The translations under genes were made by a program, and so were the position numbers. Of a stretch of DNA of 64,000 nucleotides, positions 1 to 13,856 are shown piece by piece. Location: contig OX597818.1 in assembly GCA_951406725.2 (NCBI GenBank), positions 124,310,001 through 124,374,000 of the forward strand, in the 5' to 3' direction. The notes under the pieces are model-generated. The model was not told where the DNA came from, did no database searches, and saw only the letters and a program-made list of their open reading frames with translations. Within the stretch, counting starts at the first letter, position 1. Each line of letters starts with the position of its first letter. Origin of the DNA: Octopus vulgaris. Taxonomy: Eukaryota.

Positions 1-212
1 TCGGTTGTCAAGCAATGCTAGGGTGACAAACACAGACTCACAAACATACACGCACACATATATACGACGGGCTTCTTTCAATTTCCGTCTACCAAATCCA
101 CTCACAAGGCTTTGGTCGGCCCAAGGCTATAGTAGAAGACACTTGCCCAAGGTGCCACTGCACCCGGAACCATGTGGTTGGTAAGCAAGCTACTTACCAC
201 ACAGCCACTTCT
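1..212 (-). mobile_element. tRNA-derived SINE, family B (5' half; truncated by window)
   Basis: Reverse complement of agtggctgtgtggtaagtagcttgc...accttgggcaagtgtcttc...aagaagcccgtcg, repeated more than 10 times in the window. Confidence 0.85.
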
Positions 213-678
213 GTAGTATTATAAATTGCATCGTTTAATTTACCATATATTTAACTTGGATAAATATTTAGCAATATTAGTTATGGTAGAGTATGCCAGT
301 TTAACTATGTGGCTATCGAAAATTTTATCATGCCGGCTAGATTTAAAAAGTGTTTATCTAAAGGTTGACATGAGTCACATCAGAGGCAACACTTAGACTG
401 AAGGTTGGATTGAACGACAAAATATTCCCATGCAAACTATTTTTATTTTTATTTTTAAGCATATTCAGATTAGATGTGTTAGGGTAGAAAATAATACAGT
501 TCTATATTCAAGAGATGAGGAATTATGTGCATTATTTACATTATTTACATTCGACGGATATTTGTCCTCATCATGTTCGTTGTTTGACACAATGTTTCGG
601 CTGATATACCTCCCAGCCTTCTACAGGTGTCTTGGGGAAATTTCGAACCTAGGTTCTCATTCCTACGGTATTTTTCGA

Positions 679-707
679 TGTTATTATTATTGTTGTTGCT
701 GTTGTTG

Positions 708-793
<86 letters not shown>
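679..793. repeat. (TTA)n/(TTG)n microsatellite followed by TA/CA tracts
   Basis: Read directly; explains the poly-Y/L/N/I ORFs. Confidence 0.98.
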
Positions 794-808
794 TGTAGTA
801 GTAGTAGC

Positions 809-843
<35 letters not shown>

Positions 844-898
844 CATATACATGTGTATATTTATATATACACATATACATGTGTATATTTATATATAT

Positions 899-934
<36 letters not shown>

Positions 935-995
935 TCATACACAGACACACGCGCGCATTCATGCATATATGTATATATACATATACATATATATG

Positions 996-1062
<67 letters not shown>

Positions 1063-1094
1063 ATATTCTTGGAATATATATATATATATATTCA

Positions 1095-1300
1095 GGGAGA
1101 GTTTACGAAAAAAAAGAACAAAAGACGAAGACAGGTGGTGTACAAAACAAACAGATGTATTAGTATAACGCTCAAGAATAGAAAAAGTCTTTTATGTTTC
1201 GAGCCTACGCTCTTCTACAGAAAGGGACACAGAAAAAAACAAGGAGAGAAACAAGGAGAGAGAAAAATGTGTGTAGTGGGTAACGATCTATCATGGCGAC
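1095..1300 (-). mobile_element. Penelope-like terminal-repeat fragment (family F) with variant minimal hammerhead at 1189-1224
   Basis: Homologous to 17481-17677, 22145-22350 and 39395-39580; minus strand reads cttt CTGTAGA a gagc gtag gctc GAAA ca TA aaag. Confidence 0.6.
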
Positions 1301-1316
1301 TAGTCATATATAGTCA

Positions 1317-1350
<34 letters not shown>

Positions 1351-2089
1351 GCGCATGCGATAGTGTGGTCCTGGGCTCTATGCACAAAGGAAAAAAGGGT
1401 GGGATAGTCACGTCTGGAATGCCTTCCTTTAATTTAAGCTCCGCACGACCAGGGTTGACCTGGTGCTTGAAACAATATCGAACAACAACGATAACTACAA
1501 CAGCATTGCCACCAGCAGTAGAAACCAATATCATGTTATATTCCCCTTCTTTCAATACACTTTATCTAAATCGAAGCTGCCGATCGATATTTATTCATTC
1601 AGTTTATTTTTGCATTTATTTGTTGTAAGAGTTCATGTATTGTTGTTCGGTTTTGTACGTGTGTGTATATGCGTGTGTATGCGTGTATGGGTGTATGCGT
1701 GTATGCGTGTGTGTGATTGTTTGTGCGTATGTGTGCGAAAATGGTGTGTGCACGTGGGAGTGTATATGCGTATAATTGTGTGTGTGTGTGTGGATGTGCA
1801 TGTGTATCTGTGCATGTGTGTAGGTGTGTGTATGGAGTGCTTGTGTGCTATTGTAATTAAACTGCTCTTGCAGGATGCAAATTTAGGTTGGGCGGTAACG
1901 GTATTAAGCTACGTTATGTAAATGTTGTGTGTGTGTATGTGCGTGTATGTGTGTGTGCGTGTGTGTGTGTGGTGCGTACATGTATCCATACACACACATA
2001 TGCATATATACACATATATGAACACTTATGCGTACAATTAAATACGCATGTATGCATATATATGCATATATATATATACACACACACAC

Positions 2090-2172
<83 letters not shown>

Positions 2173-2334
2173 CAGAGAGGGAGAGGGAGAGAGAAAGAGA
2201 GAGATAGAGAGATAGAGAGATGAATCTATGCACACACAGGCGAAAGTCTTTGCCCATATATGCATGAGTGCGCGCGCGCGTGTGTGTATGAGTATGTGTG
2301 TGTGTGCATATATATAAATATACACATGCATATG

Positions 2335-2377
<43 letters not shown>

Positions 2378-3048
2378 CCACACACGCTCACATATATACT
2401 GAGTAATTTACTAATGAGTGAATATTAAATGAGAACACGCAAATAAACAGAGAAAAAAATATATTTGTGGAGGTACAAATAGGAATAAGAGAATCCATAT
2501 GATATATATCTATCCATTCTCGGTGCGTTCCGAGAAATGTCATCTTGAATATCTGATCGGAGATCACTGTTGTTTTCCGTCAGCGGAGAATATCTCCTCT
2601 CTTTGAAAGGTGTGCGTTCATAACGCTCGAAGTTGACCAATGTAAGAGAAAAATGAGGTCTTCCGACCATGTGTGTGTGTGTGTGTGTGTATGTGAGTGT
2701 GTGTGTGTATGTAAGTTTGTGTGTGTGTATGTTGGAACTGTGCAATAGCGTGTATATATTGAGTTGAAAAACCATTTTGAGCAAGTAAAGTAGTAGGCTG
2801 ACTTGGAACAAGCACCGACATCTCTTTTACCTCTTTACACGTTTCGAGATCCACTGTTCGAAAGAAAGAATAATTTAACGTTCTCTCGAAAGTTTATAAA
2901 TTCTTGTATGTATATCTGTATATATATGTATGTATGAACGGTACAAGAAGACATATCTATGTTTTTTAGCCAGCATTGTATGTAATAGGTACACAACTTC
3001 TATTCAAGGTTTGTAAGAACTGTCTCTGAGTATAGTGAGAAAGCGGAC

Positions 3049-3096
3049 TTAGTTGCTGATGAAATCCCAATATAGGAGCGAAACTAGCCCGGTTGA
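3049..3096 (+). ncRNA. Degenerate minimal type I hammerhead ribozyme motif
   Basis: ttagttg CTGATGA aatcc-caatata-ggagc GAAA ctag CC cggttga; stem I pairs over 7 positions including GU wobbles; U16.1 replaced by C. Confidence 0.55.
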
Positions 3097-3516
3097 TTTT
3101 TTTTTTTCTTCTGCGTCCAAGAAGATATTATTTATAGAGAGAGGATGTTTATATATTTCACTATTACATGTCATATTGGATAAAATCTATAAATAAATTT
3201 TGTGGTACAGCAAAATGGCAGTTGCTAAAAAGCATTCGTGAAGTAAAATCATGTAGCAACACCAAATGGCGGTGCCCCAGCATGGCCACGGCTCGTGAGC
3301 TGAAACTAGATAAAATAAAATAAAATAAAATAGTATTGAAACAATACCATAATATGTATGTTGAGTGTACATAATTAGATTCATATATGCATCCATGTAA
3401 TATACATACATACACATAAACGCACATGCACACATGGAAACAAATATACGTCTACTGCCATAAAACAGTTAAGTGGGTTGTACCGTTGAATGTATTTATA
3501 CAACCATAAACAGCAT

Positions 3517-3556
<40 letters not shown>

Positions 3557-3659
3557 CAGTATATACACGACAGGCACATTTTTATACAGATGCTTTTACA
3601 TACATATATGTCTGTGAGTGTGTTTGTGTATTTATATACATATAAACACTATATATATA

Positions 3660-4445
3660 TATTTATTTATAAGAGTGAATTAAGATTTATACACAGAGAG
3701 AAGACCCTTGACAGGACTTCTTACATGCTAAACAGAGCAGTTAAACCCAAACTATGAAGAAAGAATTCTAGGATACACTGTTAATGGCACCAGAGTGGAC
3801 AAAATAAAAAATGAGTTAATCTCATACTCAAGTTTCGCTACTAATGACCAAATAAATTAATTTGGCATCCGTAGCTTGTCAGTGCGGTCGCTAAAGAATG
3901 CATAATTATATAGCTTTAATACGTACTGAAAACACGCACGCAAGACAGCCCCATCAAATTCAAATTTAGTGCGCAAGCGTAGTCAAATAGTTCAGCAGTA
4001 AATAAATTTAAACTGTACTATATGGCTTTCGAATTGGAAAATTTTGCAGTGTAAATATGAGAGTAAAAAATTTTAATAATGCATTACCAGTGGTTACCAT
4101 GTGTAATAAAAGTCATGAGACATAACTTATATTTATATATAAGAATGTATACAGATTTATACACAGGGTGAACAAAATAATAAAAAAACTCGAGTATGGG
4201 ATTAACTAATTTTTTATTTTGGTCGCTCTAGTGCCATTAACAGCGTGGTTTAGAATTCTTTCTTCGTGGTTTGAGTTTTAACTGCCCTTTTTATCTTGTA
4301 AGAAGTCCTGCCAAGAGTCTTCTCTATGTGTATAAATCTTTATACACTCTTATATATAAAAATGCGTTGTCTTATGACTTTTATTACGCATGCGAATGAC
4401 TGGTAATAAATTGCTTTAATTTTTTAGCCTCATATTTACAGAGTG
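3660..4445. repeat. Nested diverged inverted repeats (unclassified element)
   Basis: 3670-3835 is inverted relative to 4185-4355, and 4055-4165 is inverted relative to 4330-4440. Confidence 0.7.
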
Positions 4446-4456
4446 TATGCACACAG

Positions 4457-4541
<85 letters not shown>

Positions 4542-4652
4542 TTACTTTATAGGATCGTTTGTAGAAATACATAAATCCGAAGGGAAAGCACACTGTAGAG
4601 CGGTTAATATTATAGAGCAAGAAACCGGTTTATGGGGTTACTCCACTATAAT

Positions 4653-4694
<42 letters not shown>

Positions 4695-4715
4695 CTTACA
4701 TGGATACACACACAC

Positions 4716-4766
<51 letters not shown>

Positions 4767-5018
4767 TTTATATATCAATATTACCATTTCATGGATTTAC
4801 AGGAAATAAAATATCTTCCAATAAATTAACTCAATTGCCAGAGGTTAGAAGCGAAAGTAGAATATGGTACACTCACGCACATACTATAATGGGATGTAAT
4901 GAATAACAGAATGATACCTGCTGTATGACGACTATATATTTTAAATATTCCACTTCACACACAACACGTAAATTTAATACCGTTATTTGTGGCATACATA
5001 TAATATATATATACATAT

Positions 5019-5049
<31 letters not shown>

Positions 5050-5109
5050 CAAATAAACAAATAAAACTGCTTGGGTTTGATATACAATATGTATTTATAC
5101 ATATATATA

Positions 5110-5405
5110 TCACGTGACCAACCAGATCATCAGATGTTGTTACACATCGCTGGTCACAATGCGTTTGCATTGTTTTAGCCTTCGAATGACGCCACCCCGC
5201 TGGCTAAGCGAGCAGGCCAACAGAAGAAAGAGTGGGAGAAAGAGTGGTGAAAGAGTACAGCAGGGATCACCACCCCCTGCCGGAGCCTCGTGGAGCTTTT
5301 TTAGGTGCTTTCGCTCAATAAACACTCACAACGCCCGGCCTGGGAATCGAAACCACGATCCTACGACCGCGAGTCCGCTGCCCTAATTACTGGGCCATTG
5401 TGCCT

Positions 5406-5409
<4 letters not shown>
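5110..5409 (-). mobile_element. tRNA-derived SINE, family C (tail type 1)
   Basis: A and B boxes on minus strand (tggcccagtaatt, ggtttcgattccc); homologous along its length to 20822-21129. Confidence 0.85.
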
Positions 5410-5470
<61 letters not shown>

Positions 5471-5696
5471 TGGAAATAAAAAGAAAGCAAAGATAGAAAA
5501 TTTTCATCGTGCGTTTTCTTTCTATTTACATGTATACCTGTATATATATTTTATATATCAAACCCAAGCAGTCTTATTTGTTTATTTGCCTATTTGCCTC
5601 CATATCTGCTCCCCTGAATTCTTCTTATAACCACTCGTTACCCCGCAGACTTGGTTACTAAGCGTTTTCTATATTGAAGTTTTCTACTCTCATTTG

Positions 5697-5764
<68 letters not shown>

Positions 5765-5869
5765 ATGTATATATATATGTACACATACACACACACATAT
5801 GTAAGTGTGTAAGTCGTCTAAGAGTCCATAAATCGATCCGAAGTTTACAGTATTATATATCCATTACGA

Positions 5870-5951
5870 TTTTACCAATCGGTTTCACGCTAGGGATTCA
5901 ACGGAGTGTTAGGTAACAATCCAGCCATGTAACCCTGCGCTCACCAGAGGG
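5870..5951 (-). ncRNA. Hammerhead-like motif with long stem II
   Basis: Minus strand: CTGGTGA gcgc-aggg...ccct-a-gcgt GAAA ccga-ttgg TA; stem I is poorly paired. Confidence 0.45.
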
Positions 5952-6229
5952 CTTATATGCCCCAGTATTAGACTATTTTCTTATGTCAATACACAGTGAT
6001 CGCTTATAAGCTTTAAGCTTATAAAATATTAATTGCAGAATATATATATTAGGTTAAAAGTGATGGATAATTGCCTGTTTCTAAAAGCAAAATAATCATC
6101 CATTTATTAAGTTATACAAGTATTGTTTTTGCAAACAAATTGAAAATAATTTGCTTTATATATCAAATAGTTAATATTTATAGTAATCAGTTTGTATACT
6201 ACTAGTTATATTGTCGTAGGACACGTCCA

Positions 6230-6565
6230 TACATGCATACATGATGATTATGGCTGCCCCCCTCATTATCGAGTTTGGCCATTGTCCATTGTACGAAGCT
6301 TAACTGTTATTGGTGCTGTGATCGAATGTGACTTTTTAGCCCAGCTAAAGATCTACAATGTCTTGTACAGAATTGGCAGCTAAAACCTTTACTGGTAATA
6401 GCCGGCTGTAGTTGTAACTGGGCTTCATGTACCTTTGCATGTCGTTTAAGTCCTCCTGCCGAATTACTCTCTCTTCCACATGCCTGACAGATATGATTAG
6501 TATGGTGTGTAACACCACCACCAGTGGCCAGGTTGTCACTCATCTGTCTCGCTTTATGACTACGA
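6230..6565 (-). mobile_element. RTE-like LINE 3' fragment encoding two C2H2 zinc fingers
   Basis: CQACGRESNSAGGLKRHAKVH and [22 protein letters not shown], then a short 3' tail; about 90 bp repeated at 18121-18210. Confidence 0.7.
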
Positions 6566-7854
6566 AGACATACATACATACATACATACATACACACATA
6601 CATACATGTGTGTTTGTATATATCTACTATATAGATGTGAGTGTATGCGTGTATGTATGTGGATATGTCACACATCAAATCCGTTTGATTTTCGCAATCT
6701 GCGTTCCAACGACAAGTTTTCCGTTATAATTAACCCCCAAATATTTTTTCTTACGAGATATAACTCAACTTTTAGATCGTCAATTCTTACACTTTCTATC
6801 TGTCTCTGTACAGCTCTCTCTGTTCCCCCACCTCCTCTTATATATTTACAATATGTTTCCAAACTTTTTTTCTGGAATAAAGAACGACAAAATAGGATTC
6901 AACCTAAAAAAGTACTTCAATATACCAAATTTGAAAATTTTCACTTAATTTCAAAATTTAAATATCTGTGACAGCAATAGATTGATCCCACTTTACTACA
7001 TTCTCTCTCTCTCTCTCTCTCTCATTATATTTAAATTGCTTACGCTAAGTGTATGTATATTTGTGTGTATATGTGTGTGCGTGTGCATGCGAGCGTGCGT
7101 GTGCGTGCGAGCGTGCGTGTGCGTGCGAGCGTGCGTGTGCGTGCGAGCGTGCGAGCGTGCGTGAGCGCGTGCTTGTGTGTGCGTGTGTGTGTACTTGCAT
7201 GCTTCCGTGTGTGTGTGTGTGCGCGCACTTGCCTCTGTGTGTCCGTATAAATAGAAACATACGCACATACCTGCATACATACATTCATACATACATGCAT
7301 ACATACACACACGCACACACATATGTATGTGTGTATGCGTGTATGCGTGTATGTAATTAAACTTTTAAATTGTTGGCAAACTCATTCTTTGCTTCTTTTT
7401 TTTTATTCTTTACTCTTGTCATTTAATATATATCATGTAACAAAAAATTGGAAACTTATAATATTTTCCTGCGCGAGCACATGTCAAGTGTCATTTTCTT
7501 GTCATTAGAAAATTTCACTCTGTCAAACTCTTATATTAGGTATACTTATCAACTTAGATTTAATTATAGTTAATTTTTTTTCAGGTCAATTATTTCCATA
7601 TGTATGCCATATAGAAATAATCGGCAAATAGTTGTAACATTGCCCACGGGAATCGAACTTCGTTTCTGATGTAAACTGTACACCTGTACTAAACCCCGCA
7701 ACAACGCAATATCGTCATTTCAACTTCCAAATTAGAAGTTTCAACCCAAAGATTTCTAGCAACAGTTACACGTTTCACTCTCATACCAGAAATACCAGAA
7801 ATTTCAAAGAGGCGTCAGTTTGCAACGACAGTCTCAAAGGTGCCAGTGAAGGGC

Positions 7855-7925
<71 letters not shown>

Positions 7926-8714
7926 CTAAAAAGAGAAAAAAGAAAGAAATTAATATAGGGATGAAACTTGAAATAAAAATAAAATAAAATAAAATAAAGA
8001 AACAAAGAGGTAAAATAGGTATACAGAAAACTAAAATCATGCACCATCTGACTACTCAAGTCTAGGACATTTGGATATCTTTAATTAAATTAAAATCGAC
8101 ATTACGTTAAAATTAAATTAAGTACATTTGTCAAGGAATGAATGATATGTCGGTTACATAAGAAATAATTCGACTGGGAGTTGAGAGAATTACAAGGGCA
8201 AGAACGCTACCATTAATACTATTTGAATCAAGTAAGTTTCCTAAAGTAGCTAAGTGGAATTTTTAAGTGGAAATTTGAAGCAAATTCTATTTTGGTAAGT
8301 GGGAGCAACGGATCAATAATTCATTTTGCTAACATATTAAATCACACCTACAATTGAGAATTTCTAACTATTCAACTAAGCACAAATTACAGTCACTTCC
8401 ATCCTTTTGTATGGAAGTGCATCACCAATAATTGAGTGATCGAAGTGCATCACCAAAAATTGAGTGATCGATATTTTTCTCCTTGATGAATTTAGCCAAT
8501 AAGGTACTGTTTGCCTTTTATACTTAAGGAAGTGTTTATGATTATGAACCTAAGTTTGAAATCAGATGTCATCACAACTGTGTAATAATGGGCGTAATAA
8601 GGTCTTTCATTAGAGCATTTATACGTTAAATTATTCCTAACGCATTGGTTACTTACATGAACTTTTTCACGATTCCTAGTTATATATATCAAGTCTATCC
8701 TCAACAGGGTCCTC

Positions 8715-9686
8715 ACTATTATTATTTTATGTTTGATTTTTGCTTTGCATTTGTACAATTTGGCTCCAAGCCTCACCCAGAGACCTCAAGAGACAACAAG
8801 TTAGAAGCTCATATTGGTGTTATGCCTAGGGTACCATATATTTGGTTTTGTACATAGTGTTGTTTAAGAGAATATTTAAGAAACCATAAGAAAATTATGC
8901 ATTTGTTTTAAAATTTGAGATTACATAGACAGTATTTTACGTAGGACATGGGCAGTTCCCATGAGCACTATCTTTTGAATTTCTGCCATTTTGGGGTTCC
9001 TGGTATCTGAACTAGGTAGCAATCAGCCCCTTTTGCTATCATTCCCAGGGCACCTATGACAACAGGTATTGTTTTAGTCTTCAGGCTCCACATTTTGCTA
9101 ATTTCTATTTCAAGATCTTTATACTTGCTCAGTTTTTGGTAGGTCTAGGTAGATATGCTTATATCGATTGGGACAGTCATAAATGAGTAGGCATGATTTT
9201 TGTCTGAAGTCTTTCAATATGATCAATATGATGTCTGGCCTATTTGCATCTATCTTTCTGTCAGTTTGAATGGTGAAGTTCCAGGGGAGTGAGATGTGAT
9301 CATTTGTAAGCACTGGAGGTGGTTTGTGTTCCCACCAGTTTTTATCATGAGGCAAGTCCAGGTTTTTGCAAATTACCCAGCGAATATATTGTGCAGCTCT
9401 ATAATGCCTGTTGAAATACTCTGTAGGTGCAAGAAAACTGCACACGGAGACAACATAATCAATGGTTTCATTTTGTTGTTGACATCCATGGCATATTGGG
9501 AAGTTGCCGTTCTTTAATATGTTGGCCTTGTAGTTCCTTGTAGGTAGGCATTGATCTTGGGCTGCTATGATAAACCCTTCTGTTCCTGATTTTAAGCCAG
9601 AAGCTATTAGCTATTGATGGGTAAGGGCTTTGTCAACATCGGCATTATTCGCTCTCATTGAGAGGTTTTTCTTGACATTTATCAGT
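8715..9686 (-). mobile_element. R4/Dong-like non-LTR retrotransposon, 5'-truncated and degenerate
   Basis: TEGFIIAAQDQ, zinc-knuckle region, WNFTIQTDRKIDANRPDII (restriction-like endonuclease motif); short TAA tail near 8720. Confidence 0.85.
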
Positions 9687-11615
9687 CGGGGTAACGATGC
9701 TGGCGCGGGTGGGGCTTTGATCAATTTAGATCAGAGTAAAGCCTTCGATAGGGTCGACCATCGATACCTGGCAGCTGTTCTCAAGGCAGCCGGTTTCGGT
9801 CTAGTCTTCCGCGGGTGGATCGCTGCTTTATACAGCAACATCTGCTCGGTGATACGGGTGAACGGTCACCTTTCGGAGCCGTTTGACATCTCGCGTTCGG
9901 TCCGCCAAGGATGCCCTCTCTCCTCCCTCTTGTACGTATTGACTCTCGAGCCATTACTGCGCAAGTTGGAGGCTTTGAGGGGTATCCCGCGCGATCTAGG
10001 AGGTGGAAACAGCTTGTCTGCCTATGCCGATGACGTCACCGTGATGGTGTCGAGCCACAGGCACATTGACCTGATCGGCGAGATGCTAAACGAATACGAA
10101 GCAAAAATTAACGCGGAAAAGTCCGTGGGCTTGCAACTAGGCACCTGGAGAGGCTAGTCCATGCCGTCCAACAGCGTCGTAGGGCGCTGGACAGACGGAC
10201 CCGTTAAACTGCTCGGGGTCTGGTTCGGTGGATAAAAACTGGGAAGAAGTGACGAGCAGAGTGGCCAATCTCACCCAGAAATGGGCCGAGAGGAAGCTGT
10301 CTCTGAAAGGTCGAGCGGAGGTGGCGAATGCGTACATCGCATCCGTCATCCTTTACCGCTTGACCGTCGTCCCTTGTCCCGACCGCTGGTTGGCCAAGCT
10401 GGTGCGCTTGCTCTTTGACTTTTTGTGGAAGGGTCGGGTACCACTGGTCAGGCGATCCATCTGCTGTCAACGACCGCTGAACGGAGGCCTTGGCATGCCG
10501 TGGTTGCTGATGCACAGACATGCGCTCAGGCTACGACATCTCAAGCGTTTCCTTGATGGTGAACAGGTGTGGTCGTCTTTTGTCAGACGCGACTTTCCGC
10601 AGCTCGTCTCTTTGACAGAGCTGCAAACCTGGATCAAACGCAGACCGAGAAAGGGCGTTTGGCACCTCGAGTGCCGTCAAGCCCTCTCCGCCCTCCGCCA
10701 GGCGGGCAATGCGATCGGTAGTGGTTCCATTCTAGCGTTCTATAGAGGGTTAGTGGAAGAAAAGTGCGACGACGTTCTCGGGGTAACTCTAGGCGTTGAC
10801 GATAACGAGCTGAGCAGTCTGTTCGGAAGAACTTTCGGGCCGGGGCCAATGGATAATTTCCAAAGGTCGCTCGCTTGTCAGTGCTACCGAGGGGCTCTGC
10901 CTGTTCGAGATAAACTCTACCGGCACAGAAGTACCGTCAGCCGGGCCTGCCCGAGGTGCTGCCAGAACGACGAAACTGTTCTGCACGCTCTCGTCCAGTG
11001 TCCGAGTATTGCTGAACTATGGGTTTATGTCGAACAGCTACTATCGCGTATAGGACGGATCCGGCTATCAGCTGAATCCATAGTGAAGATTGCCCCGCCG
11101 ACCTCCTTTAACCGGGAGGGCAAGGCAGTTTTCCTTTGCCTAGTGGCTGTAGCGAAAGAGGAGGTATGGTGGACCCGTTTGAAAGGGCTAAGGTCAGACA
11201 CTTTCCTCTTTGGCCCAGGCCTCATCAACTTTTTCAAGTTTTACTTGAAAAGGAAGGTGAGAGTAGAGAGGGAAGTGCTGTCCGATAGCAAGTTTATTGA
11301 ATGGTGGATAAATGTCGCAAGAATGGCCAGTGTGAAAGAAGCCATTCTGAGGATACACCTGTAAAAAAAAAAGGTTTTACAAAAGGAGAAAGGGGCTCCC
11401 TACCCCCCTTTTGACCAGGCTCCCGTGGCTTTTATGGGTTTTTCCTTTCGTAACGCCTCCCCCTATTGGGAGTTTTTCGTTGTTATAATTTTTCGTTGTT
11501 ACACTGTTTTTACACGGATTTTTACGAACGGACAAAACCCCTTTGTAACCATTCGTCCTGTTTTGTCCCTTTATATTATAATTAATTTTTGTCAGCCCTT
11601 GTGGCCAATAAAAGA

Positions 11616-11618
<3 letters not shown>
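9687..11618 (+). mobile_element. Tx1/L1-clade LINE, 5'-truncated ORF2 (RT plus C-terminal CCHC) and 3'UTR
   Basis: LDQSKAFDRVDH, SVRQGCPLS, AYADD, CPRC..ETVLHALVQC; stop at 10155-10157 and a frameshift near 10228; AATAAA followed by (TTA)n. Confidence 0.92.
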
Positions 11619-11693
<75 letters not shown>

Positions 11694-11705
11694 CATTATT
11701 ATTAT
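11619..11705. repeat. (TTA)n tract between two convergent LINE 3' ends
   Basis: Read directly. Confidence 0.95.
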
Positions 11706-13856
11706 GTTTTAAAAACACAGCTTATTTTGCTGGGTTTGATGGAAAGTGTCAGCTGTCCACAGCCAGCAGACTAAAGTGATACTTGTTTACTGGTCATGCT
11801 TCAAGAACTCTGTGAAGAATTCTTGCAGTTCCAAGCAATGCTAATTTTTGTAGGTGTTCTACCTTCATACTTGCACCAATCTTTTTTTAGCCATGTTAGT
11901 AGTTAAGTGCTGAAACTTCCAAGTGACTCAGTTACTATTGGTATCATGTCTATTCTCCTCCTTGACCACAACCTTCGTATTTCCCACCTCAAATCGCTAA
12001 AGCTGTTTATTCTTTTCTTCTTCTTTCACATTGATCCTGTTGTCACACATGTCGATTATTATGTATGTTCTTTCTTTTTTTATCCTCCGCAACAATGCCC
12101 GGTTTCCGATATCTAGTCAGGTGATCTTACTGGATCATTGTATCCCAGAGGATTTTGTAATTCGCCTTTTCAGTAACACCTTTGGAGTTTTCTCATACCA
12201 CGTCTATGCTCTTTGTAGGCCGTGATTTCCACTGAGCTCTCTATGGATCATTTTTGCCATATTGTCATGGGATCTTTTATATTCGCGTTGTGTCAATTTC
12301 GGGATCTCACTAACGATGTGCCATACCGTTTCACTTCTCTCACCACACGTTCTGCGTTTGTCGCTCTCAGTTGTGTTTTCTATTCTACACTTCACATAGT
12401 TGATCCTTAACGCTTGTTCTTGAGCTGCGCATATGAGTGCTTCTGTCTCTATCTTCAGATCACTCCTCCTCATCCAAAGCCACCGGTCCTCTATATCTGT
12501 TTTCACGTTCACACCTCTTGCAAACTGACCGTACATTTTCCTTCTATGCTTTTTTTCTTTTTTCGTTGTTTTTTTCATTTGTTCATTTCATGTTTCAAGT
12601 TTTCTTTCATTACAATTTTCAATTTTGATGATGCCAGCCTTCTTCACATGTTTTAACAATGGCTTCACGACATTTTTCTATATACCACCCAAAGCTGTTT
12701 TCCTCTGCTTCGATACAGTTGTGGCAATTGATCAAACCTCTCCCGCCCTTTCTTCTGGACAAGTACAGCCTATCAGTGTCACTCTTAGAGTGGAAGTCTC
12801 CGTGTATTGTCAACATTTTTTCTGGCCTTGGTGTCCATTTTCTTCACTTCTCTCTTTTGCCATTTTATGAATTCTGCTCCATAATGAAGTGATACTATCG
12901 CTCACGTATTAACTCCTTGGATTTTATTACAGCCAGTCAATTTTGAGCGCAACACCAACCTAAGTCTTCGGAAATACTCCATTCTCAGTTGCTCTTTCAT
13001 TTCCTTCTCCATTATCTCATGAACTCTAGTACACCAAGATATCTGTAGCCTTCCATTTCAATTTGTTTAATCAAATCTTTATTCGGTAATTCTATCCCTG
13101 CTAAGGACTGCACCTTGTCTCTTTTTAAGTAGATTATTCTGCACTTCTTGAGTCTGAATTCCGTTCTAATACCAATACTAAAACAGTGGACCGTGTTCAC
13201 CATGGAACTCACTTGTGTCTCATCGTTGCCATACAGTTTCAAATCATCCATGAAGAGGAGGTAGTTGATTTTTGGGATTTTCCCTTTACTTGGTACCCCA
13301 GGTTCATATTCCTAAGTACCAAGGTCATACAGAGAACAAAAAGCAACGGAGATAGGATATCACCCTGGAAATTCCATCTTCTGACACCCAAGATGCCTAA
13401 GCTTTTTTCTGTTAGATTTCAGCTCAGTTTTCCACCTCACCATATTTCTCTTCAGGGAACACGTTACATTCCTCGCAATTACAAACAGATCTAAGCACTC
13501 GATGATCCTCGAATGTGGAATCATATCATAAGCTTTGCGATAGTCAATCCAAGCCATTCCCAAATGTGTTCTTCGTTTAAAAATTTGCATTACCATTTTG
13601 TCTATCAATAATTGATCCTTGGTACTTTTGCATCTCCTTCTACAGCCTTTTTGTTCCGTCGGTAATATATCGTTCTCATCAAGAAATTTGGACAGTTCTT
13701 CTGCAATTCCTCCTGATAGTAACATCCACATTGATGGGAGGCAAGAAATTGATCTGTAAATGTCAGCAACATTTCCCTATAATGTATTCTTCAGACACAA
13801 CAGTGTTCGTCCATTTCTGAACCAACCCGGAGTTGCTTCTTCTCCATTAATCGATG

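Noticed and set aside
7640-7710. tRNA-like sequence on the minus strand
   Set aside because: Only a B box is recognisable and no cloverleaf can be drawn
8413-8470. 28-bp tandem duplication; also a 35-bp one at 44475-44545
   Set aside because: Ordinary local slippage duplications
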